Shown piece by piece: positions 13,801 through 26,627 of a stretch of 64,000 nt of DNA. The notes under the pieces are model-generated. The model was not told where the DNA came from, made no database searches, and was given only the letters and a program-made list of their open reading frames with translations. The position numbers and the translations under genes were made by a program. Source of the stretch: Tubulanus polymorphus (taxonomy: Eukaryota; Animalia; Nemertea). The stretch is taken from positions 24,028,150-24,092,149 of the forward strand of contig NC_134026.1 of the NCBI RefSeq assembly GCF_964204645.1, written 5' to 3'. Position 1 is the first letter of the stretch, and every line of letters starts with the position of its first letter.

Positions 13801-15496
13801 TATGTGAATATCCAATGGGATTTCAACGGCCGGTCAGCATACCTCGGCAATTGGAGCGATCATTATACCGTCCCATTAACCCTAATGACACGGCTTCTTG
13901 GTGCCGTTGTGTAGCACATATTCGTCTGGAGGAAAATCTGGATGCTTAAGTTAATGAGCTTTCCTTTCGCTGTTTATAGAATCTGCGCAGACTAGCACGC
14001 AAACATCACATTTACCAGTACACAAAATCAGAAATCTATACCTTTACATGTACAGTTGTATCCATTGAGATGGAAACAGAAATCAATTCGTCGAATGAAA
14101 ATTTCAAGAGGCATCATGTATTGATGAAAAGTCAGTCGCGGATTCCTTTTTTCAAATTATTCTATGATTTTTATGTGCTCCATTGTGTATGAAAATTTCG
14201 TAAAGAGAAATAAAGAGATATTTTTTGTTTTACAGGTTGCGTACGGATTAGCAACGTGGCTCGTCTTGAGTAAAGAACTTACGCTCAGTTTATTACTGAT
14301 GGCCTCGATACCCGGAGGAGGTTTGGGACACTTGCTGTCGTTATCATTGGGAGGAGAGCATTCTCTGAGTCGTGCCAGCAATGCATTTTGTGTGATATTA
14401 GCCGTTGGTAAGCACTTTCGATACCTGAAGCACTCTTCTTATATATAACGCATATATGTTGAGTTCCCAGGGCAGAAGACATGTACACGATGTTAATATG
14501 TTGTAAAACTGTGGAATAATATGAATCTTGTTATGGACGTTTTATCGAGAAAAACACCAGGCTGCATCCCTCTCGCAATTTTAGATATGGCACAAGTGCG
14601 CTTACTGCAATTATGCCTACCATTTATAACTCTCTTCTTTTCTACTTTCATATTTCCTGTCAAATACTTCAGTTTGTACACTTTCAGTGACGTATATCCG
14701 ACTGCTCGGTTGCACACGCATTTTAATCGATGTCGCACGATTTTACCCGTTGATTTATTGTCGTTTCCTTTTTCTATTTTCAGGCACGTCGCCTCTGTGG
14801 ATCTTCGTGCTAAACGAGAAAACGATAATCAACGGGCCGGAGGTGATGAAGATCGATCTGTACAAAATTCCCATAGGCTTAGGAATGATTATGGTCCCTA
14901 TGGTGCTAGGTCTATTGTTACAACATTTCTACGAGTCTTCCGCCGAGGCCTTCCTCAACTGGATTATTAAACCCCTGCTGCTGTTAGCAAGCATCTTGTT
15001 CGGTACCCTCGGAGTGCACATTAACATGTATATGTTCAGTGTCATCGATTATGCAAGCGTTACCGCTTCGGCGACATTGCCATTAGCTGGGTTTCTGCTG
15101 GGCCTGGTTGCTGGTATCGTAACCCGACAGTCAATACCAAACATAAAAACAATGGCCGCGGAGTGCTCTGTCTCGAACTGTATGGTGACCATGTGTATTC
15201 TTCGGTTTTCGCTTTATCAACCGGAGGCGGACATCGCTTCCGCATTGCCCATTTGGGGCATTTTCTTCGCACCTGTACCCGTTATATGCACATTTATTAC
15301 GTTCAAAGTAATCAAAACTGCACTTGGATATATGCAAATAAACAAAGACAAAGAAGGAAATTTTAGCATAGCGTCGAGTTTGGCACAAGTTACTCAGGTG
15401 TCAGCTTTATCCACGCCATATCTAGTCGGGGAAGGCTCGGAAGTTGATGACGAAGGCCAGAATCTCATTGACCAAGAAAAAGTGACCGTATTATAG
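10876..15496 (+). CDS. SLC10 (sodium/bile acid cotransporter) family protein, P3/SLC10A3-A5-like with long N-terminal luminal domain, ~547 aa
   Basis: Exons 10876-11634, 14236-14407, 14784-15496, phase-consistent (1644 nt). Signal peptide, then a ~180-aa Cys-containing ectodomain, then an SBF-type TM core (NPLGLIGLLVCQLLLMP, IPGG, IPIGLGMIMVPMVLG, LPLAGFLLG, KTMAAECSVSN). The C-terminal -TVL resembles a PDZ ligand. Confidence 0.85.
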
Positions 15497-18294
15497 GATC
15501 TTGATGCAGTGACTCTTGAAATCATTACGTGAGGGCTTTCTTGGTATCACCCGCGGTGAATATGAAAATGGTGCCATATTGGTGCCAAATGTGAATTTAG
15601 AATATATGAAGATATTCGAGGTCATGTGATGTATCAGTGCTCTTATTTACCATTCGATATGGCAGCCCTGTTATCACGAACTTGCCGGTAACAACAGATG
15701 ACATAAGTTGCTAGGACCAGCCAGCCATTACGCATTAAAGTATATACCACCAGGAATGCTTCGGAGCTGATGCTACAAGTAGTGATCAAAGCCATTCGTT
15801 CATACACAGAGCTTCCTACGAACACAGTACAGGACAAAATGCAATCAATATGAATGAATATTGCCGTGTCTGTGATCTACCACAACCACCATCACCGCCA
15901 TCCATGAATATCCTCGATCCACCAGCACATCGTACTGCAAATTGATTCTTATAGAGCTACATATGCATACTGCATTGAATAACGGCAGGATAGCTTGCCA
16001 AATATAATAATAGGGATATCATGGTTTATATTGTTGATTTTATGGCGAGAATATATTCCCACCTCTACGTTTGCATGGCTTCCGTGTGGTTCATTTTCAT
16101 CCGCATGTAACGCAGTAAACATTAATACACAGTAGGCATGTTTTACATTAGTAGTCAGCTGCTTGTATGCAAATAAAAAGTGTTTTTTCAAGAGTTGTTC
16201 AGATATAAGAGGGAAGGCATCGATCGAAATTCTTGTGACTCGCATCTAAAATTCAACCAAATCGTTAGAATTGTTGGAATGAGAGAGTGGAAAATAAATG
16301 TAGATTATCAAATGTACCTAAATTCAACATAGTAAATGCACACAAGAATGAAATGGAGATCAAAAATTAAATGTTGTCTTAGAGACTTTATTTATACTTT
16401 TATACACGGCATAATGATAATATAAAACTAAACTAATAATGATAATATGCAAGATTTATCTCCTGTGACCATAAGTTTCATTCATCTTTGAATATGCAGA
16501 ATGTATGATTCATCAATATATCAAAACGTTTCACCGTGAAGTCTTTTTAGCAATATTCATTGGCCACGTTGGTCAAAATGCAAAATCGATGAATAACGCA
16601 TTTTATTCAGATAGGCTACCGGCCTGCCGTACACTGGTCTTTTTTCATTTTTGCGAATCGCTTGAGGTTAAATCCGGTTAACGGGGAATGTTCTTCGACT
16701 TTATAGTTGATTTATATAAATCATATATATTATAATGTATTCCACCGTGGTTTCCACGCACGTAAGTGTATATAAACTTATCTCAAATCTTTTCAAGATC
16801 TACCCATGAATTACTATCTCCCTTTCGCTCTCTATTTCCCGTTTCACATTACGACTAATGCAAATGCTTATCTTGATAGTCTCTTTCACCTTTTCAATCG
16901 GACGTACAAAATACATTTACTAACTATAAAGAGGTTGTATAGGAGCGTTATTCCACAATATAGGATGCTAATATGGTTTGAAATAGAAATATCTATAGAA
17001 ATTGAAAGTTTCGTGTGATAGCCAAAAAAATGAAGGTCAAACGTAGGTTTGTATTAGCAAGGTTTGTTTCGCGGAAAAAGCAGCGATATCAAATTATTAT
17101 ATTTCGCGCTTGGTAAGCTATTAATAGTAAAAGTTGTACAAATTTGCAGTTTGAAATAGATAAATCATAATTCATATATTCTCATTTTAGTCCACATAGC
17201 CACTCATATTATGACTATTACACGATTTACTATGATATACCTGAATACTGTTTGCGCTTGGCACTTTTTTATATCATAACAATATTATCAATACATACAC
17301 CATCGTCACATTTTCAATATATAGAACAATATACCGTTAAATTATATATGAATATTACTGTAAAGTTTTACACATCTTTAGGGACTCACTCTATCGTCGA
17401 AAACTCATTTTCATTTTTAGATCCTATTTTTAAGTGTTTTCTCTTGATCTCGGGATAGTGAGGCGTGGTATTGAGGATGCATTGCTCAGAATATTAGGCC
17501 TATGGTTATAAAAGTTTGACCGGCGGTGTGTGACCTTGGGCGCTCGTTTTTGATAAACGCACGTATGCAATTTTTCGTGTGTCATATTCTTCATGCAAAA
17601 ATATATATATATACATATGTATACATAAAATATCTACTTCTTACGAGTTCGCTTCCAATCTGTCCGGTCTTACGTACGTAAGTAATCACATTATTAATTT
17701 TCCTGATAAGAATAATAGCTATGATATTGATATCGATGTTAAATAGTTATGATGATAATGATAATGACAAAAATCGCTTGTTAATTTGCCAATGCTTATG
17801 TTATCTGCTGCTTAGAAGAAAAATACTCGCTTATATACGCTTCCTTCGTTTTACCAACAACTACCTATTTGTGAATATTCTATAGTACATTTATTTTCTT
17901 AACTCCTTACTTCTCTTCTTGCACTCGTGACTTTATTCTCTTTCGCCGTAGTTCAAATTTGGGGGTGCTAGAAAGCGCGTATCCCTGAGATAACACATTT
18001 TAACGAACTCATGACGAACAGTTTAAAACATCATTTCTTCTTATCATCTGAAATTTTCAATATTGGATTAAAAAAGTGGCATCTGGATGGTTGTAGGTTT
18101 GTCGATGATCTTGATAATGTTGATGGTAATACTGAAATCTTCCTTACAAGATAATAGACAAAAGTTATATAATACGTGGTTAATGTATAGAATTTTATTG
18201 TTATTATTAACTGCTGAGTTTCTTATTCTGATACCCATTTTTATTTGATTCTTGTGCATCGTTGAACGTTGAATGTAGATGCAGTATTCTGCTT

Positions 18295-18860
18295 TTTGAC
18301 CCACTTGGAATTTTAGTCCCAGCAGAATATTGCGTTCACTTTTCGTCCGTCGTTCATCGGATCCGTACGTTCGTCCACCCAACAGTAGACGGAAGCCAGC
18401 TTGGACCCATCAGCATAAGCAAAATTTGGTCAATCGGACACAAGATAGCCGTCCTGTGACCTGTCTGTGCCCATTTTCAGTCAATTCTTACGTAATCCAC
18501 AGCCATTTTAGTCTGATCACTCCTCATTCGTAGACGAAGACAATACCATCAGGTTTTAACTTATAGTAATGATATTTTATAATTGATTACACTGTCATAG
18601 GTCACATCTCTTCAAATGGAATTATGATTACCTATGATTACCTATTATGAATATTGAATCATATACAATTTGTCTATTTGTCCCAATGCATATTTTGTAA
18701 CCGTATTTAATCGAAAAGTTGTAGCTCATAACAGGTTCTATGATTGTGTTGAGTTTCAAGGTAACTGATTACTGTATTTGTTCACCAAGGGCGTTGAATA
18801 TTGAAATTGTCAGATTGTCAAGTATTTCACCAACGGGACGTGGTATCCCTAGGCCCCTAG
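18295..18860 (+). mobile_element. HINE/DINE-1-like non-autonomous Helentron, diverged internally deleted copy
   Basis: Shares its 5' end (tttt-gacccacttggaattttagtcccagc...ttgcgttcacttttcgtccgtc), an internal block (cccatcagcataagcaaaatttggtc...caagatagccgtcct) and its 3' end (ggcgttgaatattgaaattgtcagattg...ggcccctag-tt) with the copies at 45150 and 52903. It keeps about one internal repeat unit. Confidence 0.75.
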
Positions 18861-21261
18861 TTAACTTCATCGATGGTTATATGCTGAACTATATCCCAAA
18901 TTGTAAACGATTATCTCTTTTCCGATGACCATACATAGTTCCTGGAAGTACTGTACTGTAGTTAAGAGAAAGAAAATACTGAGAGTAGGTGTGGGTGTTT
19001 CGAACGTTTTTTTTTTCATTTAATTTTATCAACAATTTCTTTAATATGCATTGTGTCCGAATGTCTTCACTGAGCTTCATGACTATATTTGGGATGCTTT
19101 TAACTGCTTAATTGTAAAAACTTTTCCATTCGTATTTAATTTATTGGTCTTTGATTTATTAGTGTATTTTCATTATAGCGGTAAAGCTCTATACCTTTCA
19201 ATATCCACGTATCTCTAATTATCGCAATGCATTATTTTCCTGCAGTTCAGCAAAATTAGGAATTTAATGAAAATAGAACATTTGAGATATGTTTATGAAT
19301 TATAGATTTCTTAGAACTCCTTCACGTACGTTAATTTTGATAAATGTTTTGTTTCAATGTTATGTATAGCAGGAAAGTTATTTTTCAAAATAACGTGTCA
19401 TTTAAGTGTTACTATTTTAAACCTCTAGACTTTAGTATTAAACATGTCTTATATCAAATTTCCCATGTAGCCATAAATATAGGATTCAGTATATACGATT
19501 ATGTTAATATATTAGAATTTCGTCCTGTTTGCAACTATACAAACTGTAAATATGTACATTTATTTCAAGACAATCTAAACAATGAAATCTCGTCTCATTA
19601 TCATGTATGTCCGACTACTCATTTTTCGCGTGTCAATTTTTTCCCTTGATATCATAGCCACGTTTTTTGGCTCTTGCTACCCCTGTTTATTGTCTATTTC
19701 TAATTTCCGAGATTCTTAGAAATCCACATTTCTTTCATAACCCTTACAGAAATCATAGGCCAGTTCTATAGACTGGGTATCCACTCCCCTATATCAAGTG
19801 GCTAACTTCTATAGTTAACAATAGCAAACGATGGGATTTTTCAAATGAAACCTAGTCTAAAAACGGGCGCTAGGGTTATTTTATTCATCGTTCTCATTAC
19901 AATTTTCTTACACTCGTTTCATGTTATATCAATGCACACTTCAATCTACGATGCAGGTACAGGTATTACGATACAGCGATCTAATGTACTTCAAAGGTGA
20001 CAAATTCAACTTTCAATCAGACGACGATAATTCATGTATTGTCCATATTTAAGAGTGAAAAATTTCCGCCGTGAGTGAAATCCAACTTGTTTTTTCCTCT
20101 TTGAATAAATATTTCAAAGGATTTAAAAAACTACACCTTTCGTTGTATTTCCTGCTGCTCGGTGTATTGGTAAAGATAATAAGAAATAAGACGCGGAATT
20201 AGTTGAATTTATGTAACAAAAGTCGATCATTATGCATCATTGTCTTGTACGTGGATATGTAGACGATGAAGTTTCTACAGTCAATTAGCGGTCGTTTCTG
20301 TCGAAGATTTTCATGTAGAATGGTATTTCAGTTGCTTCTTTCAGTAACCCAAATGAGCGGAACCATTCCGCAGCCAAATCCGCCCGCAGGACACGAACGA
20401 AAGAAAGATACGCTGAATAAAAGAGCTACGGCAAGTAGGTAAGGTGGCTGATCAGGGACAAAAAAATTGTGATGATTGTTTTAACGCCACGTAAGATCTA
20501 CGTAAAAACAAAAAGAAAAAAATTATTGATTTTACGTGTTATTCACGTAAAAACAATTCTTTTACAGTTTTACATAGATTTTACTTGGCGTAGTAACAAT
20601 TTTGGGGATACAATTTTTTGTCGCGTATCAGCTTTGAAAAAGCCACGATGTACCTGATCAGCCGCCCTACGGGCAAGCGCGTATTCACCCACCCGGTATG
20701 GTGTCACAAAGTTACTGGTCACAATATATAATTCAAAATCTTTTGACGTCAAGGTCTTAAGAGACCATTACCAGAGTACCAAGACGATACGCTACGATAC
20801 GATATCTCAATTCAAAGATCTACAGGTGAGTTAATGTATGAAATTTGCTGAGGAATAAGTAATTGTAAATATTTATCCATACTTCAAATATTTCCAACAG
20901 TGTGTCCAACCATATAACTTTCAGTTAGGAACCAAAGGACACTTAAAAGTTTGAAAGCAAAGTTGTGAGTATGTCATTCACGGGCTTTTGAATGAGTTCG
21001 TAATTCATTTTCGTACGTATTTACCTTAACTCCGCTGGGAAATTCGTGCATTGCGTTCGTTCGAACAAAGAATCGAAAGTCATAATTTTCCCAGAATGTA
21101 TACAACAAGGAAAATATAGTTCACTAGAGTATAAAACAACGTAACGACAAAGGTAATTTGTCACACTTACGCTAACACAGATCTAGATAAGTTGTTCTGC
21201 TGAACGAAAATCTTCAAAAACCGATTAAGCAAAACGCGTTACTGAATCTCAATTCTGGAAA

Positions 21262-21732
21262 ATGGCTGCTTTGATGGCTGCTCTCCGTATGAGGGAGAAA
21301 GTGGCGTATGGTCGTGACCCCTCAACGAGTACAGGAACGCGAATCTCGCTGCTGGGCAGACGTCGAGAACCGCCGAAGAAATACGAGCCGACGTACAAAA
21401 CGCAGCCGGATAAGCGTGTGTTTCCGGAAAAGTGTCAGAGGATAATCAGCGATTGTTTCGAGAAGAAACTGCATGACGTCAAATATCAAGCGCAAGCGTG
21501 TAACAAACTCGGTAAAGATCTGGCGACGCTCATAAAAAATCAAGTGAAGATGCTCGGATACAAACGTTTTCGTATCATTGTCGACGTGATGCTCGGGCCT
21601 GTGGACAATACATCAGTGACTGTCTCCAGTCAGTGTTTATGGAATCCTCTCACTGATACGTACGCCGAATGTTCGTATCGAAATGATTCGATATTTGCTG
21701 TCGGTTTAGTGTACGCTATTTATCAAGAATGA
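21262..21732 (+). CDS. Tctex1-domain dynein light chain (TCTEX1D/DYNLT5-like), 156 aa, single coding exon
   Basis: YEPTYKTQP...IKNQVKMLGYKRFRIIVDVMLG...SQCLWNPLTDTYAECSYRNDSIFAVGLVYAIYQE is a typical Tctex-1 domain. AATAAA at 21733 directly follows the stop. Confidence 0.9.
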   Translation: MAALMAALRMREKVAYGRDPSTSTGTRISLLGRRREPPKKYEPTYKTQPDKRVFPEKCQRIISDCFEKKLHDVKYQAQACNKLGKDLATLIKNQVKMLGYKRFRIIVDVMLGPVDNTSVTVSSQCLWNPLTDTYAECSYRNDSIFAVGLVYAIYQE

Positions 21733-21929
21733 AATAAACAATATACATGTTAACCTATATCATGTCTATTACTTGGTAACGTAATTGTGTTTTATTCAAA
21801 TTATATATACAAATACAAGTAATTCATACATCAATATATAGCATGTATTTACCGTTATAGTACTGGTTACTACAATTTGTAAACATTATTTGAATACATG
21901 AGCTATGAATGAAATCCTTTACACATTTT

Positions 21930-22331
21930 CTATCTGCGGGGTACTTTCTTTTTCTCGGATGTTTTGAAATCCTGAACGACTCCCTTTTTCAGATGCCATA
22001 TTAGAAAACTAGTGGGCATTTCATTGTTTAGTGAATCTAATTTTCTACTGTGTTCTACGCGGCAGTACTTCTTGCAGTAGCTTTTGTCCTTGTACGTACA
22101 TTTGGCGAGGCATCGGGTCATGATGAAACATCTTTGTTCGCAGATCTTTTTGTATCTTGCATAATCTTTCGCCGTCGTTCGACCATCGTTCAAATTTGGA
22201 GAACAGCCTTTCTCGCATCTCATGAGGTTTTCGGTTGTGTCATGTCGGAGATCTCTAACAGCAATCGAGGCCTCTAAAAAGAGCAGCCCTGTAGAAATAA
22301 TCATGACCTCTACATTAATAACAGCATTCAT
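21930..22331 (-). CDS. Predicted secreted cysteine-rich basic small protein (133 aa; four CxxxC motifs)
   Basis: ATG lies just after a good acceptor (ttttttccttag). Hydrophobic N-terminus ending ASIA; 8 Cys as CEKGC, CEQRC, CLAKC, CKKYC; minus-strand AATAAA at 21791-21796. Confidence 0.65.
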   Translation of the reverse strand: MNAVINVEVMIISTGLLFLEASIAVRDLRHDTTENLMRCEKGCSPNLNDGRTTAKDYARYKKICEQRCFIMTRCLAKCTYKDKSYCKKYCRVEHSRKLDSLNNEMPTSFLIWHLKKGVVQDFKTSEKKKVPRR

Positions 22332-22520
22332 TTCAAACTAAGGAAAAAACGAAGACATATATCACGATTTGAGTACTGAGATATAGAATATTCTACGAAT
22401 TTGTTGGAGTCAATATTGATTGACGAAAGGCACTAAGTGGCAGATTTCTTAAATTCAGTTGATTTATAGATTTGTTTACGTAGAATGGGTTAGATCATAC
22501 TCAACTTGCTTGATTATTAT

Positions 22521-22550
22521 TGAACTGAACTGAACTGAACTGAATTGAAC
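22521..22550. repeat. (TGAAC)6 microsatellite
   Basis: tgaactgaactgaactgaactgaattgaac read directly. Confidence 0.9.
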
Positions 22551-25500
22551 TATTTTGGCAACGAATTTGAATCTTAGATTGAACCTTTGGCTTTTGAAAA
22601 GCCTGTGAAAATTCATCGATAGAAAATCTACCTGACTAAATAGGTGCAGAATAGGTACACAAATCTAAAAAGAAAATTAAGTGCAAGATATCGCTCACCA
22701 CAAAACATCAGTAACGAAACCGAGTGCAGCATTGTCCCTTCGTGTCCTCAAGTGCCTCACTGCAAATTATTCTGTGATGATGCGATACTATCATCATTAT
22801 CAATATACATTGCCGCGGACTACGCTGTATGAATTACGTCACTTAATAACCACTTTCACGAATAATAAGTACAATCATTGTAAATGTGTTTTTCCTGCTA
22901 CTGGTTATCAAACCTTTAAGGAAATTATACGTTATGATAATAATATAATCATATATCTATCGAAGGAATTGATATATATGTCGTTGATCGTCTCATTATT
23001 AACCATAAGCTCAAGTTTGATTCTTTTCACACAAAGTATGTATAGATAGATGGCGAATGTAGCCGTTTCGCCTGTCGTTGCAACGATGCTGTCAAAATAT
23101 ATTAGCTAAATAAGAGATAGATGATATATGAATCAGGTTAAGTAATGAAGATGTAATACAAAATTAAAATTGAGCGAAAAGAAGATTAAAAACCATTCAC
23201 TTAATTTATGTTGCGTTCTTATTTCTAATTAGCTCCTACAGGTTACAGGCGTAAAGAATCGTATAAAAAATCCGTCCCTGAGGATTTGAATACAATGACG
23301 GCTCGTCCGCGCATGGCCATAATTACATCGATTTTCGGCTAACGAGAGTGATCAGATTTTATATTGCGACGTGATATTAATTTCAGTGATAGAGAGGAGC
23401 AAGTACTCTTCGCTAGGCGCGAGTCTAATAACTCGGTACAATGAATACATGTAACATAAAGCGTTCGGGGTTTTAACTGAAAATAACGTTTCAGACGCAC
23501 GCGGACTAGTTGAAGTTAATGACATGTTGTATGTGCTGCTGCAAGCGACGCAAAATTCTATTGAGATCAACGCAAGATCACTACCTTGCACGACAGCGAG
23601 TATCTAATCACACCTTTGGCCGTAGCGGCGACTCCGGTCGATTTTCGAGTTCGGGCACCGTCGACGACAAATCGCGGCCGAAGTTCGCACGTTGTCTACA
23701 CTCGCAACTGAAATCACACGGCATTGGGTAATAATATTATCACCGTTGCTACATAATCTCTGGCACATATTACCATAAGCGACCTATTATACGTAAACCG
23801 AAATAAAAATTCGGAAGCTCGACACGTGTTGTATTAGACAGCGCATAATATATATTTATTCATCCCATGGAATAAACTCGTCAATTTTCAAAGATGCCTG
23901 CTATGGATGGGATGAACTGTTGTGGCGGTAGAAATAAATTCGAACCGGTAAGTTTGAATTATTATCACATGTTATCATCATTACTATTATGATCAGTATC
24001 ATTAAATACCCGTTGTTTTTATATTCTGATAGTTTCCAAAACTTTTTCCAAACTGTTACTCGATAAAAACTAAGTGGTTTTTAGTGAATGAGAACATCAT
24101 CGAATGAAATGTTCCGCAAAAAATACTTATTTGTGGACTATTTCTCGGTTCTATTTTGTATTCGATTTCGAATAAATTCTTTTCTATATAAATTCTATAT
24201 TCTACATATTTTCTTTGCCAATAATAGTTGCGTTGTTGGGGTTAGTTTTTTTGTATGCATTCCACGGGGATCCGATGTATTAGGTGTTTTATCTTCCAAC
24301 GTGACAGGACAGACTGCGCAGACCTAACGTGAATCGGTTATGGGGCAGATTGCGGAATAAAACATCATTGATTTCAGACCGGTTGAACGCTGACAGGATA
24401 TTTCTGTCAACCATTGTAAGCCAGTTTATCTGTGTTGAACAGATTTTGTGCAAGTTATGGGCGCCTAAGATCAATGACGGCCGGTTGGATACATTTCCAA
24501 TACTAAATATGCCTTCAATTTTTGGCGAACATTGTAAATGCCTTTTTATATTGGTAATTTGATCATGCGTGAAACGGACCTGCATTTAAGCGATAAGGTT
24601 CCTCAATAGAGCAGGGCATCATAAATTAAAGATTGCTCTGATTAGGGAATATAACCGCGTACATACCATCCGTGTTTTTAATTCTAATAATTTCCATAGC
24701 GACGTTAATTTGACTTTGGAAATGAGATTTACTGAACTTCCATTTCGTCAGTAAATATTTCTCATTGTGTCCACTTTAATTCATTAGCACTACGCGTCTG
24801 AGTAGAAAATAAAAAATGGTATAAAATCTCATTGTTTTGTAGTCTCTCACCTACCATGTATAATTAGTTCAACCAGTTCAATGATGATATCGTGATTATT
24901 TTTCTTGATAATCGATCGATAGAGTAATCGCTCATGTTTACCAAGACCTCTTTCTTATCTCCTGTTATCTTCGGCGGCCGATCACTACCAGTTCATAACC
25001 AACTAGTTCTAACTAGAATAGAAGTCTGTTAGGAGAGAATGTTATTAAAAAGAATGTTGAAAATGCGATCGTTATATTTGATGAGTGTAAAATAGGGAAA
25101 CTAAAATTTCTAATTTCCCCTCGATTGATTGATTGGACCTATTTAAATTCCATCACTATTCTAATCGTAAAGGCTATCCTTAAACATCGGCTGCAAGGGG
25201 GGAAATAGGGTTCATATCAGTGACAACCAGAGCAATAAGAATTCCTACGAAATTGAAAACGTGATATATATTTCCCCTGGAGATATAACATTACCGGTGC
25301 ATCTCGAGACAGAAGCTATCCCTTTGTGATTTGTCATGAACGGGTAAAGATAATACCCAAACCCAGAACCAAAATTTGAAATAAGTTCAACTCTCTTTAG
25401 AGAAACTGACAACGTGGAATTACGCTCGAAAAAGATGTTTGAAAGGATTTCAATGCCTCGAAAACAAATCTCAAGTCTTATACAATATTCCCTAATAGAC

Positions 25501-26446
25501 TTTCATGCTCGATACGCGAAAATAGTAGCAAATAAATTTCATTCGTAAAGATTATACAATTTTAATGAAATTAATGTGCATTTATGGGTATTCAAATTCA
25601 ATGAACATACATGTAAAACTGGATCCGTAATTTCTGTGTTAATTGTCTATGTAAAAGATAATCAGAAATGATTATCCATATCAAGCCAGATGGTATCTAA
25701 TTTTCATCCAAATATATGCAACCTGGCAATCTTCCATAGGTGTGGGATGATTTTATACGCATCAACGTGGGATAATCCGACCTTTTAAATATGCGCATCG
25801 CTAACGGAAAACTGCAAATGAAATTCAACTAATTTGTCCATTTTCATTATCATTATTCGTTTCGTCGATTCTTAACTTATATGGCACCAATAGTAGTGAT
25901 TATGATGATAATGATCTTTATTCATCAAAGCTAAATCGCATCAGCTGTACGATAATGATTGAGTAGCGCAAAACTTGTTGCCAACATCTGAAAATGTCGA
26001 ATACCAATATCCATTTTGGTCGGGAATTCACCCACAACCACGGGGTGGGAGCGCGTGGTGTTGTAGTGTAACTGTTCGGGCATACCGATGAATCATTCCC
26101 AGATGATATTTTTTTAGTCGGGGCCGGGGGTTCTGATTTTTTACGGTGGGTTGTGACGTAAGTAATGTTGTGAGTTTTCTTTTCTGTCGGCCTTGTGATT
26201 GTATGACCTTATAACTCTTTTTATACTTTACATGTTTACATGTTTACATACTTTACTATTTTGTTCTTTTATCTTATCCACATTGTTTGTACTTTATTGA
26301 CTTCATGCTCAAATGTTTTATATTGTAAGATTTTAGAGTTCCATAAAGTTATTTTCTATTCCTCCATCACAATTACCCGTCTCTGTCTCCTTATGAATAT
26401 ATATGTCAGTACACCGTGTGAGTAAAATACTATCAGTATCAGTGTC

Positions 26447-26627
26447 AATCTAAAGAGAATCCCACAATAACATAACGAACAAATATCAGGTCCGAAAATG
26501 TTTTCTCAAGCTTCATTCCTGAAGATGACTAATAGAATATAGTCGAAACGTCGAATGAATTACTAAAACAAGTAAATATTTTTCGGACTTAATATTTTTT
26601 CGATACCATTGTGGAATTCTCTAGATT
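26447..26627. repeat. Imperfect ~50-bp-arm inverted repeat enclosing the hammerhead motif
   Basis: Left arm aatctaaagagaatcccacaat...cgaacaaatatcaggtccgaaaat; right arm reverse complement aatctagagaattccacaat...cgaaaaaaatattaagtccgaaaaat. Confidence 0.75.
26512..26559 (+). ncRNA. Minimal type I hammerhead ribozyme motif (Penelope-associated type)
   Basis: Stem I TTCATTC (26512-18) pairs with GAATGAA (26553-59). Core CTGAAGA (26519-25) plus one extra U; stem II GACTA/TAGTC; GAAA (26545-48); minimal palindromic helix III ACGT; GUC cleavage triplet ending at 26552. Confidence 0.75.

Noticed and set aside
14521-14970. 149-aa ORF overlapping the SLC10 intron/exon, and the N-terminal extension of ORF 14687
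   Set aside because: Alternative-frame and intronic read-through; the real exon starts at acceptor 14783/14784.
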